From Pseudomonadota bacterium (GTDB lineage Bacteria; Pseudomonadota; Gammaproteobacteria; Steroidobacterales; Woeseiaceae): 64,000 nt of DNA. Below the pieces are notes generated by a model. That model did no database searches. It had not been told where the DNA came from and worked only from the letters and a program-made list of their open reading frames with translations. The position numbers and the translations under genes are program-made. Shown one piece after another: positions 19,047 to 27,724 of this stretch (positions are counted from its first letter, which is position 1; the number at the start of each line of letters is the position of its first letter). The stretch spans positions 7,295-71,294 of the forward strand of contig JADFNS010000009.1 of the NCBI GenBank assembly GCA_022563255.1. Reading direction: 5' to 3'.

Positions 19047-19195
19047 AACTGGCAGTTGACGATAAATCACGGTGCTTAAGGAATTGCACGAAGCGTTACG
19101 CCTGCCGGCGGCCCTGATGGGTCGCCAGCGGGCAGCCGCGCACTCGACCGGGCCACCCGGGCGATGCGGCGGCGGTCGCCTCGTGCAAACAGATT

Positions 19196-19223
19196 CTCGG
19201 GGGGAGCAACGGCTTCCCCCGAG
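19196..19223 (+). other. GC-rich RNA hairpin in the 218-nt gap between genes C and D
   Basis: ctcgggggga / ttcccccgag forms a 10-bp stem (8 Watson-Crick, one G-U, one A-U) with the 8-nt loop gcaacggc. No T-run follows. Confidence 0.4.
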
Positions 19224-19263
19224 GCACGTCTGGAGTTCCTGCACCACCGCATTTGGTACTTTT

Positions 19264-22200
19264 ATGGCGGCTGTTCTGCTGTCATTTCTTGGCGCGGGGA
19301 CGGTCTTTGCCAGCCCCCCCGGAGCTGTTATTTCCAACCAGGCGGCACTCGACTACTTCAACGCGGCGGGCCAGCCAGCGACCTTACTGAGTAACACAGT
19401 TACGGTCGTAACAGGGGTCGCGCGCAGTCCATCCAGCGTCGAATTTACTCGCGTGTTGACGGTTGGTACGGGCGCTTATCAGGAAGTTGTTGGTCCGTCA
19501 TCGTGTTTCCAGGCAGGCGTATTCCAGTTGCTTGCCGATCCGCTTCTGACAGGCGGCGTGGTGATCGATCCGACGCAAACGCAGGACGTCAGCGCAACGT
19601 CGTCGTACAACCTGGGCGAACCGTTGTTTATTCGCCTCGTTGACAGCGATCAGAACGTTGACTATCAGGTGATCGATACGGCCGTTGTGACGGTCGTAAA
19701 CGACGCCTCGGGCGACACGGAAACCATCCAGCTCAGTGAAACGGGCGTCGATACCGGCGTGTTCGTTGGCTACATTCCCACGGCAAGAGGTGCCGCCAAT
19801 TCCGGTGATTGCGTCTTGCAGGGGCCACTGGATTCGTCGGTCACTGTTCGCTACACCGACCCTGTGGATGGCACGGACACGGCACAAGCGACGGCCAGCC
19901 TGGATCCGGTGAGCATTGTTTTCGAGTCGCTGACCGGCACAGTGGTTGATGATGTACTCGTCGAACTGGTCGATGCTGTAACCGGGTTGCCGGCGGTCGT
20001 ATTCGGCAACGACGGCACCAGCACCTTCCCATCGCAGATAACGAGTGGTTCCACGGTCGTTGACAGTTCCGGAACAAATTATGTATTTGGCGTCGGCGAA
20101 TATCGCTTCCCGGTTGTTGCCGACGGTGATTACCGGCTGGTGGTTACGCCGCCACCCGGATACGTCGCACCATCGACCGCCACCATCGCTGATCTGCAAT
20201 TACTTGCCGGCGCACCGTATGCTTTGGGACCGGAGTCCTTCGGTGCGGCGTTTACGAAAACGGGTCCGGCCTCCATCGACGTCGATCTGCCAATCGATCC
20301 GATCTTGTCGGCGCTGTTCCTGCAGAAGCAAACCTTGACGACGACGGCCTCACCGGGCGATTTTGTCCGTTACGAATTGCTGCTCGAGAACAATGCGGCA
20401 GTTGGCGCTGTAATCGACATCACTGTTATCGATCAGCTGCCTGCCGGCGTGCGTTTTGTACCAGGGTCAGTCACCGTAAACGGCGTGACGGCGCCGGATC
20501 CGGTAATGAATACCGGGCCCCTCACTCTCGAATTTACTATCGCTGCGCTCGCCGTTGGTGAGCGAGCAAGAATTTTCTACGTCGTCGAAGTTATCGGTGG
20601 CGATCGCAATGGCGAGTTGGTAAACCGCGCAACCGCATTCGCTGCAGGTGGTTTGTCGTCGAATGAGTCGACCGCGACCATTCGACTGACCGAGGATTTG
20701 TTCCGCTCCACGGGCACCATTATTGGCCGCGTACTGGAAGCGGACTGCAGGCAGGCGACGTTCAGCGAGGAGCAGGGCGTCTCCGACATACGTATCTACC
20801 TTGAGGATGGCCGCTACGCGGTGACAGACGAGGGCGGTCGATTCCACCTCGAGGGCATCGATCCCGGAACCCATGTTGCACAGCTCGATACTTTCACGTT
20901 GCCCGGATACTTCGACATCATTGGTTGCGATGCCACTCCAGGTTACGCAGGCAGTGCGGAATCCCAGTTCGTGCGAGTCGCACGCGGCGGGCTGCACCGA
21001 GCCGATTTTTACCTGCGACGCAAAGCGCCGCCGGAAGGCCGCATCGATCTTGAGCTCCAGAATCTCGGTACCGATAGCGCCGAGGAAGTCATCTACAAAT
21101 TGAAACTCAACGGCGTTGGCAACGTCGCGATTCGCAACATCAACGTAATGATCGTTTTGCCGCCAGGCGTCACCTACGTTCCGGACAGCATGACCGTCGA
21201 TGGCAAGGATCTCGGCAATCCCAGGATCATGGGTCCGGCCGTGACATTGGCGCTCGACCCGCAGACAGGCGACTGGACCAGCGAAATCGAATTTGTTGCC
21301 ACGATCGACGAAAACGTTGCCGGCGAGCTCGTGTCCAAAGCCACCGTGCTTTTCGATTCACCGGTTGCCAGGGGTCAAAAAACGCCGGTTGCGGAAACCC
21401 GCATGGTGCGCGAACCGAGCGTCGTTGAAAGCGAAGATTACGTGCTCTATCTCAATTTCGACGTGCTCTCGGACAAGCTTGCTCCCGAGGACAAACTGGA
21501 ACTCAACATGCTGATCGGTGATTGGCAGGGCATTAGCAACATTCAGATATTCGCGACGGGCCACACGGACGTCGACAGGATTTCGCCGCGCAATATGCAC
21601 TTGTTCGCCGACAACTATGTGTTGTCGCAGGCGCGGGCTATGACAGCGGCATTTTACCTGGCCGACGGACTGAATATTCCCAATGCGAACATCCTGGTCG
21701 TGGGCCGCGGGTCGGACGTTCCGGTTGCCAGCAACGCCACAGCAGCCGGGCGCGGCAGCAATCGCCGCGTCGAGATGGTGATACGCGGTATCCGGCCAAG
21801 CAAGCCATCGTTCCTCGAAGTAACCCAGGAATCCAGTGGTACCCGGGAAGCGGCGACGGTTGGCGCTCTCCCGGGGTCCGAGATCGAGCAAGCGCGGGAA
21901 GACCGGGCCGCTGCTGAAATCGTCTTCGTCGGTACGCCGAAATCTCAGGTCGAAGAGCCACTGGAATCGTTGCAGCCGGGCATCTCAATGTTGCTGCCGA
22001 AAAAGTCTTTCCAGCCCGCTATTTTAGCATCGAAGGTTGCGATTCAGCATGCGCCGGATCAGACGGTAGCCCTGTACGTCAACGGCAGCCTGGCCGATGC
22101 GTTGAATTTCGAGGCGACGGTTGTGAACCGTCGTCAGACGGTTGCCGTCAGTCGCTGGCGCACGGTCACATTGCAAGCAGGCAAGAACGTGCTGCGCGCC

Positions 22201-25056
22201 GTGATCACGAACCCGGACGGAACGCCGGCGAAGACGCTTACGCGCACGATTTATTTCACGGGCGTGCCCATAAGAGGCGTACTGGATCTGGAAGCGTCCC
22301 ACTTGGTCGCCGACGGCCAAACCCGACCGGTCGTCGCCGTGCGGCTGTTTGACAGGACGGGCAACGTATCTCGTCCGGGCATGGTTGGCGGCTACCGCGT
22401 GAACCCGCCGTACCGGTCCTGGTGGGACGTTGAGAAAGAGCGCGAGAATGAACTGGTTGCGATCGGCGAGCGCGAGTCCACCTATCGTATTGGTGCGGAC
22501 GGCATCGCCCTGATCGAACTCGAACCCACCACACGCACCGGCGAACTGACGCTGAACCTGAAATTCGAAAACGGACGCGAGCAGAAAATCCGTGCGTGGC
22601 TGAAGCCGGCTGCACGCGACTGGATCCTGGTTGGCTTTGGCGAGGGCACCGCGGGCAATACAACGATCTCGGACAATGCTGTTGCCGCGGCGGCCGCCGG
22701 TGAATTCGACGGTTATTACGACGAGGGTCGTGTCGCATTTTTCGCCAAAGGCCAGATCAAAGGCGAGTATTTGCTGACGCTGGCCTTCGATTCCGACAAG
22801 CGGCGCTCTGACAATCGGGATCGCTTCAACACCGTGATCGATCCCAACGCGTACTACGCGTTGTACGCGGACAAGAGCGAGCAGCGTTTCGAGGCCGCCA
22901 GTCAACGCAAGATATACGTCAAGCTTGAGCGCAGTCAGTTTTATGCGCTGTTCGGCGACATGAATACCGGATTGTCGGTTACCGAGCTGTCTCGCTACGA
23001 ACGGCGTTTCAACGGTTTCAAGAGTGAATTCCGCGGCAACAACGTCGGGTACAGTGTCTTTGCCGCCGAATCGGATCAAACGTTTGTTCGCGACGAATTA
23101 CGTGGCGATGGAACGTCCGGCCTCTACCAGTTAAGCCGGACGCCGATTATTGCGAACAGCGATATCGTGCGCATCGAGGTTCGCGATCGCTTCGACAGCA
23201 GTATCGTAATTAGCAATACAACCTTGAGCAGGTTCCTGGATTACACGCTCGACCCGCTGACGGGCACGCTCTTTTTCAAGCGGCCCATCGCGAGTCGCGA
23301 TACCGACTTCAATCCGGTGTACATCATTGTCGAATACGAGACGGCCAATACGAGCGCCGCAGATCTGATCGCCGGCGGTCGCGGGTCGTTGCGCGTGGCG
23401 GACGGTCGGGTCGAAATTGGCATTACCCATGTAACGGACAAAGCGCAGGGTGCGGCGGCAGATCTGACCGGCGCCGACCTGCGCTGGCAGATCAGCGACC
23501 AGACGGTGCTGCGTGCCGAAATTGCGGCCACGAACAATGAAGTTGGCGGCGTTACGCAGTCCGGCACGGCGCAATTTATCGATCTGCAACACAACGGCGA
23601 GAACGTCGACGTGCACGCCTACATTCGCGAGGTCGAAGAATCGTTCGGCATGGGCTACCAGTCGGCGGCGGACAAGGGCTTTCGCCGTCTGGGCATCGAT
23701 GCGAGAGGCAAAGTCAGCGAGCATTACTTTGTAGAAGGCGAAGCGACCTGGCAACAGAATTTGCAGACACAGGACATCCGCAATACGGTTCGCGCTCGCG
23801 TGCGTTATGAGAAAGAGGGTTTCACGGCAACGCTGGGTCTCCTGCACGCTGCCGACAAGTTTGACGATGGCGATACGCGGAGCAGCGACCTGGTCGAAGC
23901 CGGCGTGTCCAAAAAGATGCTCAACAGCAAGCTGACGCTGCGCGCATCCGCCAGTACCGCGATAGGCAATGCGGCGCAAAGCGTGGATTATCCGGGCAGC
24001 GTCGTCGTTGGCGCAGACTACCGTATCGCGCAGGGCATCGACCTGATCGCAGAATATGAAAAGGCCAGTGGCCGGGATATCGATACCACGATGACTCGTG
24101 TTGGTGTCCGCGCAAGGCCGTGGAACCGGGCGCAAATCAATACATCTCTCACGAACGAAGAATCGGAATTCGGACCGCGCCTGTTTGCCAACCTGGGACT
24201 TGTGCAGGGTTTCCAGATTGGCGAAAACTGGGTGGTTGACGTGGGCGTGGACCAGACAAAATCGATCATCGACAACAATGCACGCGTTTTCGATCCGGAC
24301 CGCGAACTCATCTCGGGCTCGCTGAATCAGGATTTCCTCGCGGTTTACACCGGCGCCATGTATTCCGCCGCGGACTGGAGCGCGAACGCGCGCATCGAAA
24401 TGCGCAATTCGGATGCGGAAGATCGCAGGATCCTGTTGTTCGGCTGGTACCGTGCGCCCACCCAGGGACATGGATTGTCGGCGGGCCTGACAATGTTCAC
24501 CAGTCAGCTCGACACTGGCAACGAGCTCGCATCGGCCAGGTTGAAAGTCGGCTGGGCATATCGCATAGCCGACAGCAAGTGGGCGTTCCTCGACCGGGCA
24601 GATCTGCTCTTCGACAAGGCGGTACTGGGCGTCGACACGGAAAAATCCTGGCGTTTCATCAATAACTTCAATGCCAACCGCCGTATCAATGCGCGCGCCC
24701 AGTTGTCGCTGCAGTACGCGTTCAAGTATGTCCGCAGCAACTACGACGGGGCGGATTATACGGGATACACCGATCTGATCGGCGTTGACTTCCGCCACGG
24801 CCTGCGCGAGCGCTGGGAGGTCGGCATGAACACCAGTGTGTATCACTCCTACAGCGCCGGGATTCTCGACTACGGCGTGGGCGTAGACGTCGGCTACAAC
24901 GTCGGTTCGAACATGTGGTTGACGCTGGGATACAACTTCACGGGCTTCGACGACAAGGATTTTTCCGAGGCTCGTTACACCGCGTCGGGTCCCTACCTGA
25001 GATTCTCGATCAAAGCCGACCACCTGCTGCTCAAGCGCATCGCCGGACAGCGATAA
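19264..25056 (+). CDS. giant (1,930 aa) protein with DUF11, CnaB-like and OmpA-like domains and a beta-barrel-like C-terminus
   Basis: ATG at 19264 gives the signal MAAVLLSFLGAGTVFA|SPP. Two intact DUF11 domains lie at ~20314-20690 and ~21040-21365. CarboxypepD_reg/SdrD-B-like segments include GEYRFPVVADGDYRLVVTPPPGY. The OmpA_C-like module is at ~21439-21790 (ATGHTD...NYVLSQARA...NRRVEMV). The C-terminal ~550 aa show an alternating beta-strand pattern. Confidence 0.8.
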   Translation: MAAVLLSFLGAGTVFASPPGAVISNQAALDYFNAAGQPATLLSNTVTVVTGVARSPSSVEFTRVLTVGTGAYQEVVGPSSCFQAGVFQLLADPLLTGGVVIDPTQTQDVSATSSYNLGEPLFIRLVDSDQNVDYQVIDTAVVTVVNDASGDTETIQLSETGVDTGVFVGYIPTARGAANSGDCVLQGPLDSSVTVRYTDPVDGTDTAQATASLDPVSIVFESLTGTVVDDVLVELVDAVTGLPAVVFGNDGTSTFPSQITSGSTVVDSSGTNYVFGVGEYRFPVVADGDYRLVVTPPPGYVAPSTATIADLQLLAGAPYALGPESFGAAFTKTGPASIDVDLPIDPILSALFLQKQTLTTTASPGDFVRYELLLENNAAVGAVIDITVIDQLPAGVRFVPGSVTVNGVTAPDPVMNTGPLTLEFTIAALAVGERARIFYVVEVIGGDRNGELVNRATAFAAGGLSSNESTATIRLTEDLFRSTGTIIGRVLEADCRQATFSEEQGVSDIRIYLEDGRYAVTDEGGRFHLEGIDPGTHVAQLDTFTLPGYFDIIGCDATPGYAGSAESQFVRVARGGLHRADFYLRRKAPPEGRIDLELQNLGTDSAEEVIYKLKLNGVGNVAIRNINVMIVLPPGVTYVPDSMTVDGKDLGNPRIMGPAVTLALDPQTGDWTSEIEFVATIDENVAGELVSKATVLFDSPVARGQKTPVAETRMVREPSVVESEDYVLYLNFDVLSDKLAPEDKLELNMLIGDWQGISNIQIFATGHTDVDRISPRNMHLFADNYVLSQARAMTAAFYLADGLNIPNANILVVGRGSDVPVASNATAAGRGSNRRVEMVIRGIRPSKPSFLEVTQESSGTREAATVGALPGSEIEQAREDRAAAEIVFVGTPKSQVEEPLESLQPGISMLLPKKSFQPAILASKVAIQHAPDQTVALYVNGSLADALNFEATVVNRRQTVAVSRWRTVTLQAGKNVLRAVITNPDGTPAKTLTRTIYFTGVPIRGVLDLEASHLVADGQTRPVVAVRLFDRTGNVSRPGMVGGYRVNPPYRSWWDVEKERENELVAIGERESTYRIGADGIALIELEPTTRTGELTLNLKFENGREQKIRAWLKPAARDWILVGFGEGTAGNTTISDNAVAAAAAGEFDGYYDEGRVAFFAKGQIKGEYLLTLAFDSDKRRSDNRDRFNTVIDPNAYYALYADKSEQRFEAASQRKIYVKLERSQFYALFGDMNTGLSVTELSRYERRFNGFKSEFRGNNVGYSVFAAESDQTFVRDELRGDGTSGLYQLSRTPIIANSDIVRIEVRDRFDSSIVISNTTLSRFLDYTLDPLTGTLFFKRPIASRDTDFNPVYIIVEYETANTSAADLIAGGRGSLRVADGRVEIGITHVTDKAQGAAADLTGADLRWQISDQTVLRAEIAATNNEVGGVTQSGTAQFIDLQHNGENVDVHAYIREVEESFGMGYQSAADKGFRRLGIDARGKVSEHYFVEGEATWQQNLQTQDIRNTVRARVRYEKEGFTATLGLLHAADKFDDGDTRSSDLVEAGVSKKMLNSKLTLRASASTAIGNAAQSVDYPGSVVVGADYRIAQGIDLIAEYEKASGRDIDTTMTRVGVRARPWNRAQINTSLTNEESEFGPRLFANLGLVQGFQIGENWVVDVGVDQTKSIIDNNARVFDPDRELISGSLNQDFLAVYTGAMYSAADWSANARIEMRNSDAEDRRILLFGWYRAPTQGHGLSAGLTMFTSQLDTGNELASARLKVGWAYRIADSKWAFLDRADLLFDKAVLGVDTEKSWRFINNFNANRRINARAQLSLQYAFKYVRSNYDGADYTGYTDLIGVDFRHGLRERWEVGMNTSVYHSYSAGILDYGVGVDVGYNVGSNMWLTLGYNFTGFDDKDFSEARYTASGPYLRFSIKADHLLLKRIAGQR

Positions 25057-25118
25057 ACCCTGAATTTTGCCTCGATTCGGTCGCGCCAACGTGGCACGAA
25101 CCGTGTAATCTTGCGCCC

Positions 25119-27038
25119 GTGACATCTCTGACGGAATTCTTCGGCGACGCCAGCCCACTCAAAGATCTGTTGCCAGGTTTTCAGCCGCGGGCGGGTCAGG
25201 CGTGGATGGCGGAAGCCGTCGCCGAGGCGATCGCCAACTGCGACAAACTGGTCGTCGAGGCCGGCACCGGAACCGGGAAGACGTTCGCTTACCTGATTCC
25301 GGCGCTTCTGAGCGGCCGAAAAACCATTATCAGTACCGGCACGAAAGCGCTCCAGGACCAGTTGTATCATCGCGACCTGCCGCTCGTTGGCAAAGCGATA
25401 GGCCGGCCGGTCACCACGGCGTTGCTCAAGGGACGCGCCAACTATCTGTGCCTGCAACGACTCGACCAGGTGACGGACCCCGCACCGGCATTGCTGCGAG
25501 ATCTCAACGAGGTCCGCGAATGGCGCCACCGTACGATTAGCGGCGATAAGGCCGAGTTGATCGAGGTTCCCGAGGATTCTCAGGTCTGGCCGCTGGTCAC
25601 CTCGACCGTGGACAACTGTCTCGGTCAGAAATGTCCCGAGTATTCGCAATGCCATGTCGTGAAGGCGCGGCGCGAGGCGCAGGATGCGGACCTTGTGGTC
25701 GTCAATCATCACCTGTTGCTCGCCGATCTGGCGATGAAGGAGGAAGGTTTCGTCGAGTTCTTGCCCGACGCCCAGGCCATCATTCTCGACGAGGCGCACC
25801 AGGTACCCGACCTTGCCGCGCAATTTTTCGGCGTGTCGCTCGGCAGCCGCGAGATGGAGCGTCTGCTCGACGAGGTGCGTGCCGCGACGTTGCCATTTTC
25901 GCAACCGGACCTGAATCGTCGCATTGACAAATTGCAGACCGGAATTCGAAATTTGCGAGCCGCTGCGCCGCGCACGGAAGGGCGGCACGAGCTCAGCGAA
26001 GTCATGGACGAACTGCGCGAACCTCTGGCGCAGCTGTCCCATGCCATGCACGACGTCCAGGTGGCGTTGATGGACCTCGGGGACGCGTCGCTTGCCATCG
26101 AAAAGCTTCATGAGCAGCTTGTCTCGATGGCGGAGCGGTTGGTGTTGCTGACCGGCGAGGACACCTGGGACGGATTGCGCTGGCTGGAGATTCATCCGCG
26201 AAGTTTGCGCTTGCACCTCACACCGCTCGATGTATCCGCAAAGCTCAACGGCCTCATCGACAATGGCGTGCAGGCCTGGATCTTTACGTCGGCCACGCTC
26301 GCCATCGGCGACGACTTCTCGCATTTTGCGGCGCGCATGGGACTTACGGGCGTTGCCGGGCTGACGTTTCCCAGCCCTTTCCCGATCGAGCAAAATGGCC
26401 TGATATTTTTGCCGCCGGACATGCCACAGCCCGCCGATCCGAGCCACACGGGGGCGATGCTCGAAGCAGTGACGCCGCTGCTCGAAATGGTCGCAGGCGG
26501 CATGTTCTGCCTCTTCACGAGTCATCGCGCTCTGAACAACGCAAAAAAATGGTTCAAGTCTCGCAAGTCGGCGCTCGGCGGCCGCATTTTGCTGGTGCAA
26601 GGCGATGCGCCGCGGGACGACTTGTTGCGCCGCTTCCGGCAGATTGGCAATGCGGTATTGCTGGGGACGGGCAGTTTTTGGGAAGGCGTTGACGTGCGTG
26701 GCCCGGCGCTCAGCGTCGTTGCGATAGACAAGCTGCCGTTTGCGTCGCCCGCGGACCCGCTGATGATGGCGCGGCTGGAATTTATTCGCCGCGAGGGCGG
26801 CAACGGATTCATGGAACACCAGTTGCCGCTCGCCGCGTTGTCGCTGAAGCAGGGCGCGGGCAGATTGCTGCGCGATCAGACGGACTACGGCGTCGTCGTA
26901 TTGTGCGATCCGAGAATCACTGAAAAAAATTACGGCAAAATGTTCCTGCAATGCCTCGAGCCTATGCCGTCGACGTCGGCGCTGCACGAAGTTTCCAGTT
27001 TTCTCAGAGCACATGAGCGCAAAGGGGCCGTCGCATGA
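25119..27038 (+). CDS. yoaA: DinG/YoaA-family ATP-dependent DNA helicase (Fe-S, XPD-like)
   Basis: Walker A AGTGTGKTFAYL, a DEAH box (ILDEAHQV) and a Cys cluster NCLGQKCPEYSQC. The GTG start at 25119 is inferred from LPGFQPRAGQ conservation. Confidence 0.75.
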   Translation: MTSLTEFFGDASPLKDLLPGFQPRAGQAWMAEAVAEAIANCDKLVVEAGTGTGKTFAYLIPALLSGRKTIISTGTKALQDQLYHRDLPLVGKAIGRPVTTALLKGRANYLCLQRLDQVTDPAPALLRDLNEVREWRHRTISGDKAELIEVPEDSQVWPLVTSTVDNCLGQKCPEYSQCHVVKARREAQDADLVVVNHHLLLADLAMKEEGFVEFLPDAQAIILDEAHQVPDLAAQFFGVSLGSREMERLLDEVRAATLPFSQPDLNRRIDKLQTGIRNLRAAAPRTEGRHELSEVMDELREPLAQLSHAMHDVQVALMDLGDASLAIEKLHEQLVSMAERLVLLTGEDTWDGLRWLEIHPRSLRLHLTPLDVSAKLNGLIDNGVQAWIFTSATLAIGDDFSHFAARMGLTGVAGLTFPSPFPIEQNGLIFLPPDMPQPADPSHTGAMLEAVTPLLEMVAGGMFCLFTSHRALNNAKKWFKSRKSALGGRILLVQGDAPRDDLLRRFRQIGNAVLLGTGSFWEGVDVRGPALSVVAIDKLPFASPADPLMMARLEFIRREGGNGFMEHQLPLAALSLKQGAGRLLRDQTDYGVVVLCDPRITEKNYGKMFLQCLEPMPSTSALHEVSSFLRAHERKGAVA

Positions 27039-27724
27039 AACTGCTGGCGATCGATACTTCATCCGTCGCGTGCACGGTCGCGGCAAGGGTTGGCGAGACC
27101 TTGGTTCAGCGACATGCGGAGCAGGCTCGGGAACACACCCGATTGTTGATGCCCATGATTCGTGAGGTGCTGGAGGAATCCGGAATCGAACTTGCGGACT
27201 TCGACGCGATCGTGTTGGGCAACGGTCCGGGATCGTTTATCGGCATGCGCATAGCCGCGTCGGTCGCACAAGGTCTTGCCCACGGCGCAGGACTGCAGAT
27301 TATTCCCGTTTCATCGCTCGCGGCGGTCGCGGCGCAGGTGTTCGCGGAGTCCGATGCAAAGGAAGTGGCCGTCGCACAGGATGCGCATATGGGTGAAGTC
27401 TATCTCGGCCTGTATGCACGAGGAGAAGACGGTCTGCCGGAATCGATCGTCGCCGAACGGTTGCAGGCACAGAAGCGGATCGGGGAACTGGATCGCAAGG
27501 GTAGAGATCAAAGAGTTGCGGCTGGCAAAGGCTGGCGACGATATCCGGGGCTCATGGCTGTGAACGAGGCGTTTTTTTCCGGCCAGTCGAAAGTATTGTA
27601 TCCGCGCGCTGAATATTTATTGGGGCTGGCGGAAAAATTGCCGGCCATCGAAGCGCAAACCATTACGCCAGCTTATCTGCGGCAAAAAGTCGCGGAAAAA
27701 CCGGCAACGAGGAATACGAATTAA
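27035..27724 (+). CDS. tsaB: tRNA t6A37 biosynthesis protein TsaB (YeaZ)
   Basis: MKLLAIDTSS...GPGSFIGMRIA is typical of TsaB. The start overlaps the yoaA stop. Confidence 0.85.
   Translation: MKLLAIDTSSVACTVAARVGETLVQRHAEQAREHTRLLMPMIREVLEESGIELADFDAIVLGNGPGSFIGMRIAASVAQGLAHGAGLQIIPVSSLAAVAAQVFAESDAKEVAVAQDAHMGEVYLGLYARGEDGLPESIVAERLQAQKRIGELDRKGRDQRVAAGKGWRRYPGLMAVNEAFFSGQSKVLYPRAEYLLGLAEKLPAIEAQTITPAYLRQKVAEKPATRNTN

Noticed and set aside
19072-19263. The ORF track extends the giant gene 64 codons upstream (MLKELHEALRLPAALMGRQRAAAH...).
   Set aside because: The extension is Arg/Gly-rich, lacks a signal peptide and spans the GC hairpin. ATG 19264 yields a proper signal peptide, directly followed by the motif shared with A and C.
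22945-23340. A segment of the giant protein (ALFGDMNTGLSVTELSRYERRFNGFKSEF...GLYQLSRTPIIANSDIVRIEV...) reminded me of fimbrial usher plug or middle-domain patterns.
   Set aside because: The similarity is only a by-eye pattern impression and I cannot substantiate homology without a profile search. It is therefore not called an usher and is listed only as something to test with HHpred.
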